From the human T2T-CHM13v2.0 reference genome, Homo sapiens: a stretch of 64,000 bases of DNA. Shown here in pieces: positions 47,442 to 64,000 of this stretch. The notes under the pieces are model-generated. The model ran no database searches. It saw nothing but the letters and a program-made list of their open reading frames with translations, and was not told the DNA's origin. The stretch lies in the NCBI RefSeq assembly GCF_009914755.1, contig NC_060938.1, one strand, 5' to 3'. Each line of letters begins with the position of its first letter. Position 1 is the stretch's first letter. A program made the translations under genes and the position numbers.

Positions 47442-49447
47442 TCCTTATCTAGTACTCCATTTTGATTTATATGGATAGACAGAAAACACACGAATAAATA
47501 TGAGATAAAATGAGAGAAACAGCCAAGCATTTCTTATCACTAGTCCTCTCCTCATTTTCTTCCCCTTTATTGAAATGTCTGTTCTTTTTCATTTGTTTTA
47601 TTAAAGTTCTTTCTTGAGTATTTTCCTTAGTTGGGATAACCAGGTCATAAACTTTTTTAATCTGAAAGATGAATAATCTCTTGTCTGGAAATAGAAATTC
47701 TGGACTTTGGTTCTTTTGTCTTAAGTAGACGGTAGATGTTGATTTCACGGTCTTCAAGCTTCTACTGTTGTATAAACAAAATCTAATACCAGTGAGGTGT
47801 ATTTTGCTTTTGCTCTTTCTGTTTGGATACTTGTAATATTTCCCCCTTAACCTTAAAACTGAGGAATATATTCCTTGGATATGCCTACATTTTTTCAGTG
47901 CTCCCTGGAATTTAGTGGATTGTAATATATAGCCTTGGAATTTTCTTAATCTCAGTTAATGTTCTTTCATTTTTTTTTATTATTGCCTGTCTTATATCTG
48001 TTCCTTTTTAAATCCATCTGAAAACTCTTTTGCTCACCTGTTAGCCCTTCTGGATCTCTCCTCAAAGGCTCACTTTTGCCCTTGTGATTTCTAGTGATGT
48101 TCCTTAGATGGTTTGAGAAGTTTCTTCATCTTGATTTTCCATGCCACTACTCTGCATTTAAACAGTGGCCATTCTATCTTTCAATTTTTTCCATTTTTAA
48201 TGGAAATTTTGGTATTCAGTCCCAGGAAGTATTTTTATGCTGCACTTGAAGCTCTTTATTGATATTGACTGTGTTCTTGCTAATACCTCAGTGCCAATGA
48301 TGGTAATCACAGAGTAGGTGCTCACTGGGTATCTGTGAAATGATTTTATTTAAAAATGTTCTCGTTCAATTGTTGCCTTATCCACCAGCGACTCTAGTTT
48401 TATTCTAATGATCTTTGCTCTCAGAATGCCAGGCTACCTTAAGTGTGCTTTGAAGAGAGGGCTCAGGTATGGTTTGTGGAGCACCTCGAATTTTGACAAT
48501 TGGAATAATAGATGGCAAAGTGGTCTCTAGCCCTCTGGGCTGCCATGCCACCACCTTGGAAACAGAAGGGGTTCCCCTCTTTCCAGGTCTCCTTCAACCT
48601 GCCTACCTCAGGCACAGGGAGAATGCAGCTCTCCCGGTAGGCCCATCTCTAGCCTTACTCTCAGCCACACTCCCAAAACTGAGAAAACCCTTCCCTAGGA
48701 TTTCGCGGAGCTCTGCCAGCCAAACTCCCTCCAGAATCCTTCCCCTTCCCAGTCCTCTACTCCCCGCTCTGTGTTGCCAGCACTTTGTTCTCAGGTAAAC
48801 CATGAGTGAGGTAACGACATGCCAGATCTCCTCAGTGAGATTCCTCAAAGCAGGCTCCCAGTGAGCCCAGCTGTCCAGTGGCCCCAGCAGCCTTTTTTGA
48901 CTTAGCAGGGCAGGTAGGCTGAAGATGAAAGCTAAAGGGAGTTAAAGGTCACAGTCTCCTCCATCCATTTATGTTACTTTTTGTGTGATTCTTCTTTAGG
49001 TGTAACTTTTTAAAATATATATTATCTTTTCTTCAGTTTCCTATAATGTTCCTTTCCACTTATTGTAATTGCTGAGATATTTGGATTTATTTCTACTGTT
49101 TTACCTCATAGTTTTTCTATTCTTTTACCTTTATCTCTCCTCTCCTTTCTTCCTTTTTGTAGAATAGATGGATTATTCTTTAATCTTGTTTTCCTTCGTC
49201 TGGTGGTTTGGAAGTTTTAGGTTATATTCTTTTTGTCTTATTTTAGTTTTTTGGTAATTATCCTTCAATTCTTAACATATATGCTGAATTGCACATTTTT
49301 CTAACAAATTCTTAACTTATTCCCCATATTGGTTCTCCTTACAAAGATCTTAAATACTTTATTATCCACTGAAAACTACTGCCATTTCTCCTTGTTATAT
49401 TGTCTAGAGTTTTGGTTCCATCCAATTATTAAACACAAAATGTATAA

Positions 49448-49765
<318 letters not shown>

Positions 49766-50995
49766 ATAACTTATTTTTTATACCAATTCCATTCTTTGAA
49801 CACATATTTACTAAGTGCATACCTTGTGTCAGGTGCCATTCTAGACACTGGGATCTAGTAGCAAACAGCATAGACAGGGCTCCTGCTCTCCCAGGTCTTA
49901 GAACTTACATTCCAGTTTTCCTCACTGTTTCTGGCATCCTACTCCTTCATGGGAATTTCTGGATGGTAAACCCTCCCAATGTCTTTGGGTGTGAACATTC
50001 TCTTTTCACTCTCATTCTTGAGATACATAGTTTAGCTAGGTATGGAATTCTATTTTGACAGTTATTTCCCTCTATTCTTTATAATGCAAATCATTTTTGC
50101 CCATCTGGCTCTCTCAGTTATCTGCTCTACTTGTCCTCTGATTAGTATGACAATTAGTCAGTTCTATTTGCTTCCTGAGAAATAAATGTTCCTTTCTCAT
50201 AGACAGTGTGAATGTGGGTATATGTGCACATGCACATGTGCACACAGACTGGAGCCTGCACAGTCCAAGATAAAGGTGCAGGCAGATTCAGTGCCTGGCG
50301 AGGGCCACCTTTCTGGTCCATAGCCATCTGCTCACTCTATGAGGACAGAATAGGGAGGGCATATGGCAAATGGCTAGGAACACTCATGATTTCATTTGTG
50401 GTTTTCCAACCGAAGCATGCTTATATGCTGATGGGAATGACCTAGTTCATTAATCACAAAACTTGACTTTTTAACATATAAGGGAGATAACTGATGGAAC
50501 AAAATCCCCCAAAAGGCCAGAAGCAGACCAGTGACTAGATTATATGACATTTTTTGTAAGTTAGAAAAGGTACCCCTTTCTCGAAGTAGAACAGACTTAC
50601 ACTGGGGTAGATGGATTGAGGAGTAAAGTGTTAGCCAGACCCCACCACCTTACTCTCTTCAGTCAAGTGTACTTGTGCAGAATCCAAACTGAACAACCAT
50701 AGCTAGCCTGGACATAGCATAGGAAACGGGGTGGGGGTGACCTCTGAAACAGGGAGGAGCACTTCTTCCTTTGAAGCAGAAGAGGTGAGCACTGCTTAAT
50801 GGTTGCTACGAATATATGTATAAATAATATATGCTACAAATTCATATATATAAAAAAATATATATTTTGTTTAAACTATAAATAATATAGTAACTGGAAT
50901 AACTTATATTGTGAATTATTGTCTTGCATCTCATCTCAAGTTACCAAGTAAACACATATCTTCTAACCAGCCCTGGGAAATATAAAGCTTCTTAC

Positions 50996-51028
50996 CCTTT
51001 CAAAACCACAAAAGTCTGCCCTGGAAAA
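50996..51028 (-). CDS. CATSPERB: CATSPERB coding micro-exon (33 nt): FSRADFCGFER
   Basis: ttcttttcttctag acceptor, AGG/gtaag donor, phase 0-0; fills the gap in the recalled protein. Confidence 0.9.
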
Positions 51029-51368
51029 CTAGAAGAAAAGAAGAAACTTTAATTTTTGCTTGCATATCAGAAGGCCTAACAAAACATAGCAATTTAAATT
51101 ATACTAAAGGAAATAAACCATATAAATTCGTTGAAACAAAATTATAACTAAATTATATGTTTTTTCTATCCTAGCAGTTAGGATAGCCAAACACTAAAAG
51201 CAAACTCTGATATAGTTTATACAATATCCAGGGAATTTCCCCATCAGTCTTTGCCTCATTTCATTATTTTATTAATTTACTTATACTTTAGTGTGATTCC
51301 AGAAAGGATTTGAGACGAAAACCATGCCTTTTAATGATTTAAATGGAGGAATTAAGAAGTGTGCAGGT

Positions 51369-51798
<430 letters not shown>

Positions 51799-52598
51799 TT
51801 ACAATATACAATCCCCGTCTACTTCTCTGCACTTTGATTTTAAGCCATTGTAGCGTTCCTGGTTTCAACTCTCTGTTTTAGCAATTATATAATAAGCATT
51901 TTAAAAACCCCAGATCCCCTAGTCATCTGAGCAACAAATGGTACTTTCTCAGAGATGGTGAGGAAGGCTCAGGTATATGTGAATATTCTTATACCTGAAG
52001 AAAGATAATAATTACCATGTATAAGAAATATCTGTGTCTCAATCAATACCATTTCCCCTTCTTTACTTCCCTCTATCTTTTCTCCTACCGATCCCAAGTC
52101 TTTATTGCTTGTCTCATCTCTGTTGTGGTAATTTTTGAGAGGTACTTGTTAACATGTTTAAGAATTTTATGGTATGCATATTAACAATCTTCACCTAAAC
52201 GTGTATTTCCCTTCGCTCAATCCCAATACTTACTTTTCACTTATGTTACTTTGTAATACTATATGTGGCTTTATAAATTACCTTAAAGCATTTGGGTAAC
52301 ATATATAGCTATAAATAAATGGATCAATCAATAGGTAGGTAGACAGATCTTTTCTGCATGTATACATTTAAAACTTACTATAAATTTGTAGAGCAATACA
52401 ACTAGCACCACTTCCAAATTATATATTCAATACTACGAGGTAAAGGAAAAAGTTACTGTATTATGCCTTTATGTTTTTCGAAAGAAAGAAGCATTTCAAT
52501 TTTAAGATACACCACACATAACTCAAGTATTAAATATTTCTTTTTGTGTCACAGAAGATATTTAAGATTAGCTATTAGTTACAAAGCAATTTACATAC

Positions 52599-52717
52599 CG
52601 ATAAGCTGTGGCGTGATGGATAACGAAGATCTTCACTTACAAAAAGGCCCAAAGAGGTGAGGATAACTAAAAAATGATTCGTTAAAACCATATCCACCAA
52701 TGAAAGGTCTTCATATT
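52599..52717 (-). CDS. CATSPERB: CATSPERB coding exon (119 nt): (E)YEDLSLVDMVLTNHFLVILTSLGLFVSEDLRYPSRHSLS
   Basis: tttcttcgtttag acceptor, TCG/gtatgt donor, phase 1-0. Confidence 0.93.
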
Positions 52718-52856
52718 CTAAACGAAGAAATCATACCATGGATTAAAAAGTAAGAAAAAAGTGAGTTCCTTACTGAAGCAAAGACATTTTATAGATATTA
52801 ATCAAATATTGATGTAAGTAAAATGCTCAAGATGAAGGCAATGTTAGAGGAGTTAC

Positions 52857-52952
52857 CTTCTTGAAGTTGGGAATAGATAGTCTGTGTCATGTTAAACCAT
52901 GTGGTATCATAATCATGCCAGAATCCACCAAAGGTTATGCCTATGTAAACAC
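52857..52952 (-). CDS. CATSPERB: CATSPERB coding exon (96 nt): (G)VYIGITFGGFWHDYDTTWFNMTQTIYSQLQE
   Basis: ttttgtttcatggtag acceptor, AAG/gtaac donor, phase 1-1. Confidence 0.92.
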
Positions 52953-53243
52953 CTACCATGAAACAAAAGGAAAATTAAAGCCAGGCAACTTTACAAGGTG
53001 AGTCACCTTCAGGGGCAAGAGCCCAGAGTCCGTTCCAACTCCCTCTCAGCACTATGACTCTCACTTCCCAAAGCATTGGAAAGATGAAGTAACTTCAAGT
53101 TACACCACATAATATTAGCCAACCATCTGATTGACTCCTAGAATGATTACTGCTGGGAATAATATGCCCTTAAAATCAACCCTCTTAAGGTATTGGTTCA
53201 TTCTCTTAAAATATCTTCCAAATTGTACTGTATCTTTTTTTAC

Positions 53244-54021
<778 letters not shown>

Positions 54022-54603
54022 GTACCCTTCTAAGCATAAAGATGCTCCTATTTCAGGAGTACAATTTTAGTTAATAATAATTTTTAAAAACTCCAAAGAA
54101 GAAAATTAAAATGTAAACTCCAAGACAGGAGAAACTATGATTTACTTTTTTATTTGTGATTTTAAAAACAGAGAAAACTTTTGCTAAAGTTTCACTAAAA
54201 CCTTGTAAATGAAGAAGATTGAACACATCACAAATCCTAAAGTACTTTGTTCCCCAACCCCACCTTTTCTTGGTCATAGGTAGGAATGTCTAGAGTCTTT
54301 TGTGTTTTAAATGTGAGGTGCTGATCTGAAGTTTTGTCAAAGGACATAACTACTGGGCTGGGGAGGAGGGGAGGCTAAGGAACCTTGGCAATCTAACGCA
54401 TATACTTTATTTCCAAAAGAGGACATTTGTAGAACGAGTCATATTTTGAAGTGTGAGTTTTAACTCTCAGCTCTTTTCTGTTTAAGGAAAGCTGTAGAAG
54501 GAAGTGTTATTTATTATTGTATACTTTTTCCAGGAAGAGGAAAACTAAAGACAAACTTTGCCTTTCTGAGAATTAAGTTTAGTTTTACAGATAATGGTGG
54601 GAA

Positions 54604-54903
54604 TTTTTTTTTTTTTTTTTTTTGATAGAGTCTCACTCCGTCATCCAGGCTGGGGTGCAGTGGCGCAATCTCCACTCACTGCAACCTTCGCCTCCCAGGT
54701 TCGAGCAATTCTCGTGCCTCATCCTCCTGAGTAGCTGGGATTACAGGTGTGCACCACCATGTCTGGCTAAATTTTAGTATTTTTGGTAGGGACAGGGTTT
54801 TGCCATGTTGGCTAGGCTGGTCTTGAACTCCTGATCTCAAGTGATTCGCCCACCTCAGCCTCCAAAAGTTCTGAAATTACAGGTGTGAGCCACCACCCAG
54901 CCT
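54604..54903 (-). mobile_element. Alu (old S/J)
   Basis: Dimeric Alu; flanks taatggtgggaa / taacggtgggat. Confidence 0.9.
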
Positions 54904-55099
54904 AACGGTGGGATAGTTTAAGTGGGAATAATTATAGATGTCCAGCATGCTATCACATGACCAGATTCTTGCAAAAAAACACTATTTAATGGAGACATCA
55001 TAAAATAAACACTTTATGCTGGTTAATATTTACAGACTAAAATTAAGTTACAGGCTACTCTCTGTGACAAACTATCCCAGGGCTTACAGAAGCTGATGC

Positions 55100-56985
55100 A
55101 GACCATTGTGAAAAGTTTAGCTTTTATTCTATTGGCAAAGGGAAGCCACAGGAGTGTTGGAAGCAGGGAAGTGATGTGATCTGGTTTATACTTGAGAACA
55201 TCACTCTGGTGGGTGTATGGAGGCTGATTTGTATTGGCACAAGAATGGAAATAGAGAGACCACTTAAGAGGCTAATTAGTCTAATAAAAAATGTTGACTT
55301 GACCTAAGATTTTAGCAGAGAAGTGAGGTGGTCACATTGGCGATGGACCCTGGAGACAGCACAATCGGGGAATGTTGTGAGGGTAAGAAGCAGTCAAGAA
55401 TGTGTCCTAGATTTCAGTTCTGACCAATTTAATACTAATTGGGATGAGAAATACTGGAGAGAAACAGATTTTTTGAGGGAGATGGATCAAGAGTTCTGGA
55501 TCAGACTTGCTGTATTTGAGATGCTTATTAGCCATCAAGAAGAAATGCGTAATAGACAACTGAAGAGAGGAGTAGTTTTGTTTCAAAGGAGGGGTCAGCA
55601 GCAGCAATATAGATTTGGGAATCATCAGCCTGAAGATGGCATTACTGCCATCAGACTGGATTAAGTCTTCTGGAGGGAGAATGTGGTAACTTAAGGAAGG
55701 ACAGTCAAAAACAAAGCCCTAGGTTTGCATTTAGGGGTCACACCAAAAAGGAGCCCTCCTAGAAAACTAAAGAGTGACCAATGAGAAAATATAAAGAACT
55801 TGAAAGTGGTATCAAGAAAGCTAAAAGAAGAAAGTGTTTTGAGCAGAGACTGGTCGACCCTGTTAAATGCTGCTGGAAAGGAAAGTAGAATGGGCATAAA
55901 AGACTGGCTGTTGGAACTGGCAATATGGAAACTGTGAGTGGCCTTGAGAAGAAATGTTTTAGTACGGTGATGGAAACCAGAGTCTGATTTGTAGTGGAAA
56001 GAAGATAAAATGGGAGGTGGAAAAACAGCATCATCTGCATTAAATTCTGGCCTTAAATATTTTTTTTTTGAAAGGGAACAGAGAAGTGGAGATGGAAGTA
56101 AAGTGAGATAAACGAAGGTTTTGTTTAAGATGGGGGATATTAGGGTATGTCTCTATCCTAACGGATACAATCCAGTGAGGAGGAAGAGTATGATGATGTT
56201 GGAGAGAAAGATGAGAATTGCACAACAGATGTAAGAGCAAGGTTGTTCAGATGGCTGCAAGGAATGGGATCCAGAACACAAGGGCTGAGGGGTAGCCTTT
56301 GATTGCAGCAGAGATATTTCTTACAGTGCAACAGGCAGTAAAGGCAAAGCATACAAATGCAGGTATGATGGCAGATTTCCAGTTGCAACAGTGGGGTTTC
56401 TATAATCAATCTTTATTTTCTCTGAAGTATTATATAAAGGCACAGCCAAGAGTAAGAGGGGAAGAGTATTTGAGGAGTGGAAAGAAGTGTGATAAATTTT
56501 GCAGAGTGGGAAAATAAATATACAAGCGAAGAGTGATAGGATTTATAGGCAGTACTCTTTATAGGGAGTACTGAGTGCCCACTTAAGATTCATGATCATG
56601 AATTTAGAGTGAGACTGGTCAGTGAAATGTCAAAATGAGACTAGCATGCAATTTTTCCCCAGCAATATTCTGCTCTTGCAGGGCAGGAGCAGAGATGGTT
56701 TTAGAGTTGGGGTTGGGCAGGCAAGGAGGAAAAAGAAGGGCAAGGGAGTTACAGAAGTATTTAAAAAGATGGGCTCTGAGAATTATGGTGAGAACAGAGG
56801 AAAATAAGGATGTTGGGTAGTGAAAAAAGTGATAGTGAAAATGGATTAAGGTCTCAATGAGATCAAAGAAATGTTGGAGTGTGAGTACTAGAACAGACAA
56901 AGAATAAGAGGCAGTGGACAGAGTGTACGATGCAGATACTACGGATTTCAGAGCTAATGACATTAGAGATGACAAGGTCAAGAGT
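55100..56985 (-). mobile_element. Long L2 fragment (continues at ~60480-61100)
   Basis: ggaagccacaggag...gcagggaagtgatgtgatctg, tgttaaatgctgctg and other antisense L2 motifs. Confidence 0.7.
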
Positions 56986-56990
56986 TTAAT

Positions 56991-60455
<3,465 letters not shown>

Positions 60456-61102
60456 TATTAAATTAAAAATTTTAAGAAGAATATTGCCATAGGAGTAAGA
60501 TAGGGGAAAGATCATTGGAGGACAGGAAGCCTTGAAGCTAGGTACTGCATGGATCATCCATATGGATGGTGAAGTCACCAAAAATAGTGACAAAAGTCAA
60601 GTGGAGAGGAAGGCAGGGACCCAGAGATTAAACTTGTAAATGAATGAATGTGAGCGGTGAGGAGGTCACCAAATGCTGGCAACCAAGAAAAGTTAGAGGG
60701 AGGTAAAGTCTGAGTTCAAAAAAGCTCCATGTTTCAAACAAGAGGACAGGAGTAGTGATTAAGCAGTAATCCTAAGGAGCAAAGACAACAACCCTCACCC
60801 TGGGTTTTGAAATATGTGATATGTGGGAGGGCTGAGGGGAAAGAATGTCATCTGAGGATGACCCAGTACTCTTTATGGAAAGAAAGTTAAGGGACCATTC
60901 AGAGAAAAAGTGAGTGATATGGGGGAATTTGTTAATGACAGGCCACAAATTCTAATGAAAGGATTTGGGTGGATAGAGCGGGATAAAAGTTTGAATCAAA
61001 TTAGAGGACATTCAGAACTGTATGTGGGATAGGATAACCAGAAATGATCTGCGGAAGCTTATGTTCTGGTAACTGATGGGAGGCCTGATGGTTTATGTCT
61101 TA

Positions 61103-61408
<306 letters not shown>

Positions 61409-61811
61409 TTAGGCAGTTGCAGCTTGATACTGTGAGAACTTCCTTTATTGCTTCAGCACAGTGGTGACCAGTTGGGGAAAAGGTGCTTTCACCTAAAGAA
61501 CCTGTTGCTGAAGTTGTTTGTTTTCTTGAGAGGTTGAGGTGGCCTCATGAGTGTGATCCCAAGGAATTAAGACTGGCGCTTCTCTCCCATGACTTTCATT
61601 TGTAAGGCAGAATCAAGCATGAGGAGTTCAGAATGACCGCTCTCCTATGGCTCACAGAAGTAAGGTAGGTATTGGTGTTTGGATAAAGACGAGGAGGAGG
61701 AGGTCCTGGCTAGGACCTATTCACAGAACAACATAAGAAAAGGAGCCAAGTTTCTATCTGGATTGACATAGTGTAGAATATGACAGCAGAGAGTGGAAAA
61801 AGACACAATTA

Positions 61812-61891
61812 TTAGGTTGGTGCAAAAATAATCGCGGTTTTTGCCATTAAAAATAATTGCAAAAACCGCGATTACTTTTGCACCAACCTAG
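61812..61891. mobile_element. MADE1 MITE (Hsmar1 mariner derivative)
   Basis: 80-bp near-palindrome TTAGGTTGGTGCAAAA...TTTTGCACCAACCTAG flanked by TA. Confidence 0.93.
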
Positions 61892-62143
61892 TAAAACTAA
61901 AGGAATTCCACAGAAGCAGACTATAAGCCATTAGGAAGTCAAAGAGATTTGGGCAAGGTTATTTGTCTATCCCTATACTGATGCATACTGTTTTAATCTA
62001 TTGCTTTATAATAAGTCATGCTAGGACAAATTTTTGTTTTGTTTTTTTTCTCTAAAATTATGTTTGTTATTCATGGTGTATCATTCTCCCATATGAATTT
62101 TGTGTTTGGCTTGCCAATTTCTACACCCTCCCTGACACAAAAA

Positions 62144-62148
<5 letters not shown>

Positions 62149-62186
<38 letters not shown>
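62149..62186. repeat. (AC)n microsatellite
   Basis: Direct reading. Confidence 0.95.
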
Positions 62187-62190
<4 letters not shown>

Positions 62191-62743
62191 CAAAAACATT
62201 GTTATAATTTTTCTTGGAATCATATTGAATTGATAAATTTGTAATACATTTTATTTGTAATAAATTTATTTATAAAATAAATCTTTATAATACCAGAACT
62301 TCCTGCTTATAAACATGAAATCTCTTATTTATTTTGGTCTTTTTTTATGACCTTCATTAGTTTTATAATTTCTACACAATAGGCCTTGCAACTCCTTTTT
62401 TTATTCCTGGGTACTTTTTGGGATTTCTTACCTTAATAGGATTTTTTAAATTATAATCTTTAATTAGTCCTTGGTGGAGTGATTTTTATACATTGTTATT
62501 CTATCTCACAGCCTTCTAGCATACCCATATTTGTTCTGAGTTTTTCTACAGATCTTTTTGGATTTTTTTGTAGGTATACATATTATCTACGAGTAATAAA
62601 ATTTTGTTTCTTATTTTTTAAGTTTTAAATATATTTTCCTTTATATTCACTGAATTTGGGGTCTAGGAGGTCATCAATTAGCTAGGAACAATAATTAAAA
62701 TAATACTATTAGTAGTTGAAATGTGTAATGACATTGTGATATT

Positions 62744-63635
62744 GTGATATAACGAGAAATACGTATTTGGTTTTCGTCCCTGGCTCCTGATAGAGAACTC
62801 CTAAAACCTCCAGAATTTCCTGCATGATGGAGTGCTAGGAACATCCTTTGTTATAACATTTGGTCTTTGGCCCCAGTTCCTGATACAGAACCCCTAAACT
62901 CCTTGGAATTTCCTGGGTGATGGGATTGTCTTTTGTTCTAATGAAGCAACTCCTGACAGACTCCCAGATACCTTTAAGATGTGGGGTGGTCACCAGTAAA
63001 AGCAAGCCACGATTAGAAGCTTAGAGCCTTCAGCCCCACAGTGCATCTCCCAGGAAGTGGGGAGGGTGTGGAGACTGAATAAATAATTGATCAATGCCTA
63101 TGTGATAAAGCTTCTCCTTACAGTGCAGGTTTTGGAATGCTAAAACACATCTACATACCAGGGGTGTGGCGTGTCACAACTCCACGGGGACAGAAGCTCC
63201 TTTTCTTGGGAATCTTCTGGACCTTGCCCAACTGTTTACTGTATCCTTTGTTTTGACCTTTATAATAAACTGGCAAACCTAAATAAACGTTCCCCTGAGT
63301 TCTGTGAGTTGTGCTAGCAAATTATTGAACTCAAGGAAGGATTTGTGGGACCTCCCCAAATTATAATTAGTTGATTAGAACTACAACCTGGGACTTGTGA
63401 CCGGCATTTGAATTGGGGGACAGTCTTGTGGGACTGAGCCCTTAATCTGTTGTTGGCTGGAGAGGGGGGTCTGTGCTAACTCCAGATAGCTAGTGCCAGA
63501 ATTGTATTAAATCATAGGACACCTACTCGGTCATCCACAGAGAACTGGAGAATCACTCGGTGTGGAAAATCCATACATTTGGTATTAGAGTGTTATGAAA
63601 TGGATATAGAGAGAAACAGTTGTTTCTTTCCCTAT
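62744..63635 (+). mobile_element. MER21-type LTR
   Basis: TGTGATATAACGAGAAATACGTATTTGG...ctcctaaaacc; cagtcttgtgggactgagccc. Confidence 0.8.
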
Positions 63636-64000
63636 ATAGATGCTCTCAGATATTACAGTAGTAATGAAAAAAATGCAAACATAAACTAAGTAATGTGGTA
63701 TTTCAAGAACAAAAATACCTATTTATACATGGTAGGAATAGCAGATAATCTCTGGGAGAAAGTAACATATTAATGGAGGGCATGGGATAAATGAAATTAG
63801 GAGACACACTAAAGTCACAATTAACATGGCAAAAAGTCACAGTAAGAAAACATACTTAGTATATCATACTTGGAAGTAGACAAGATACAGTATTGAATAA
63901 TAAATTTTTAGGTATTTTTAGGAAACAATTTTCCTTCCCTATGTCTATGCATTTATTTCTGCTGCCAGTTAAACATTACTGTTACAAAATATAAAAGGCC

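Noticed and set aside
48469-48848. Overlapping 109-aa and 81-aa ORFs in a moderately GC-rich patch
   Set aside because: No recognisable domain or splice chain; probably decayed repeat sequence

Overview
Human genomic DNA (a five-diagnostic AluYa5 is present), mostly intronic and dominated by transposable elements. Eight coding exons on the minus strand (52952-52857, 52717-52599, 51028-50996, 43421-43355, 33700-33654, 32494-32345, 29447-29289, 19456-19312) splice through canonical GT-AG sites with matching phases into one 816-nt open frame. I recognise the peptide from memory as the extracellular region of CATSPERB, the sperm CatSper channel beta subunit. The introns hold a young 5'-intact L1PA (dead ORF1/ORF2, intact antisense ORF0), an internally deleted L1MA, a 5'-deleted ERV9 with an LTR12 nested in an MST LTR, a 9.3-kb chimeric ERV1 provirus that fills almost a whole intron, MaLR and other solo LTRs, a MADE1 MITE and more than 25 Alus. 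I found no clearly new gene system. The best leads are a possible TE-built antisense transcription unit (LTR12 promoter, MST splice donors, a plus-strand exon mirroring a CATSPERB exon, and the L1 antisense promoter with ORF0) and several short, locally templated insertions that look like repair scars. TE subfamily names come from recalled consensus sequences, and boundaries of old elements are approximate.
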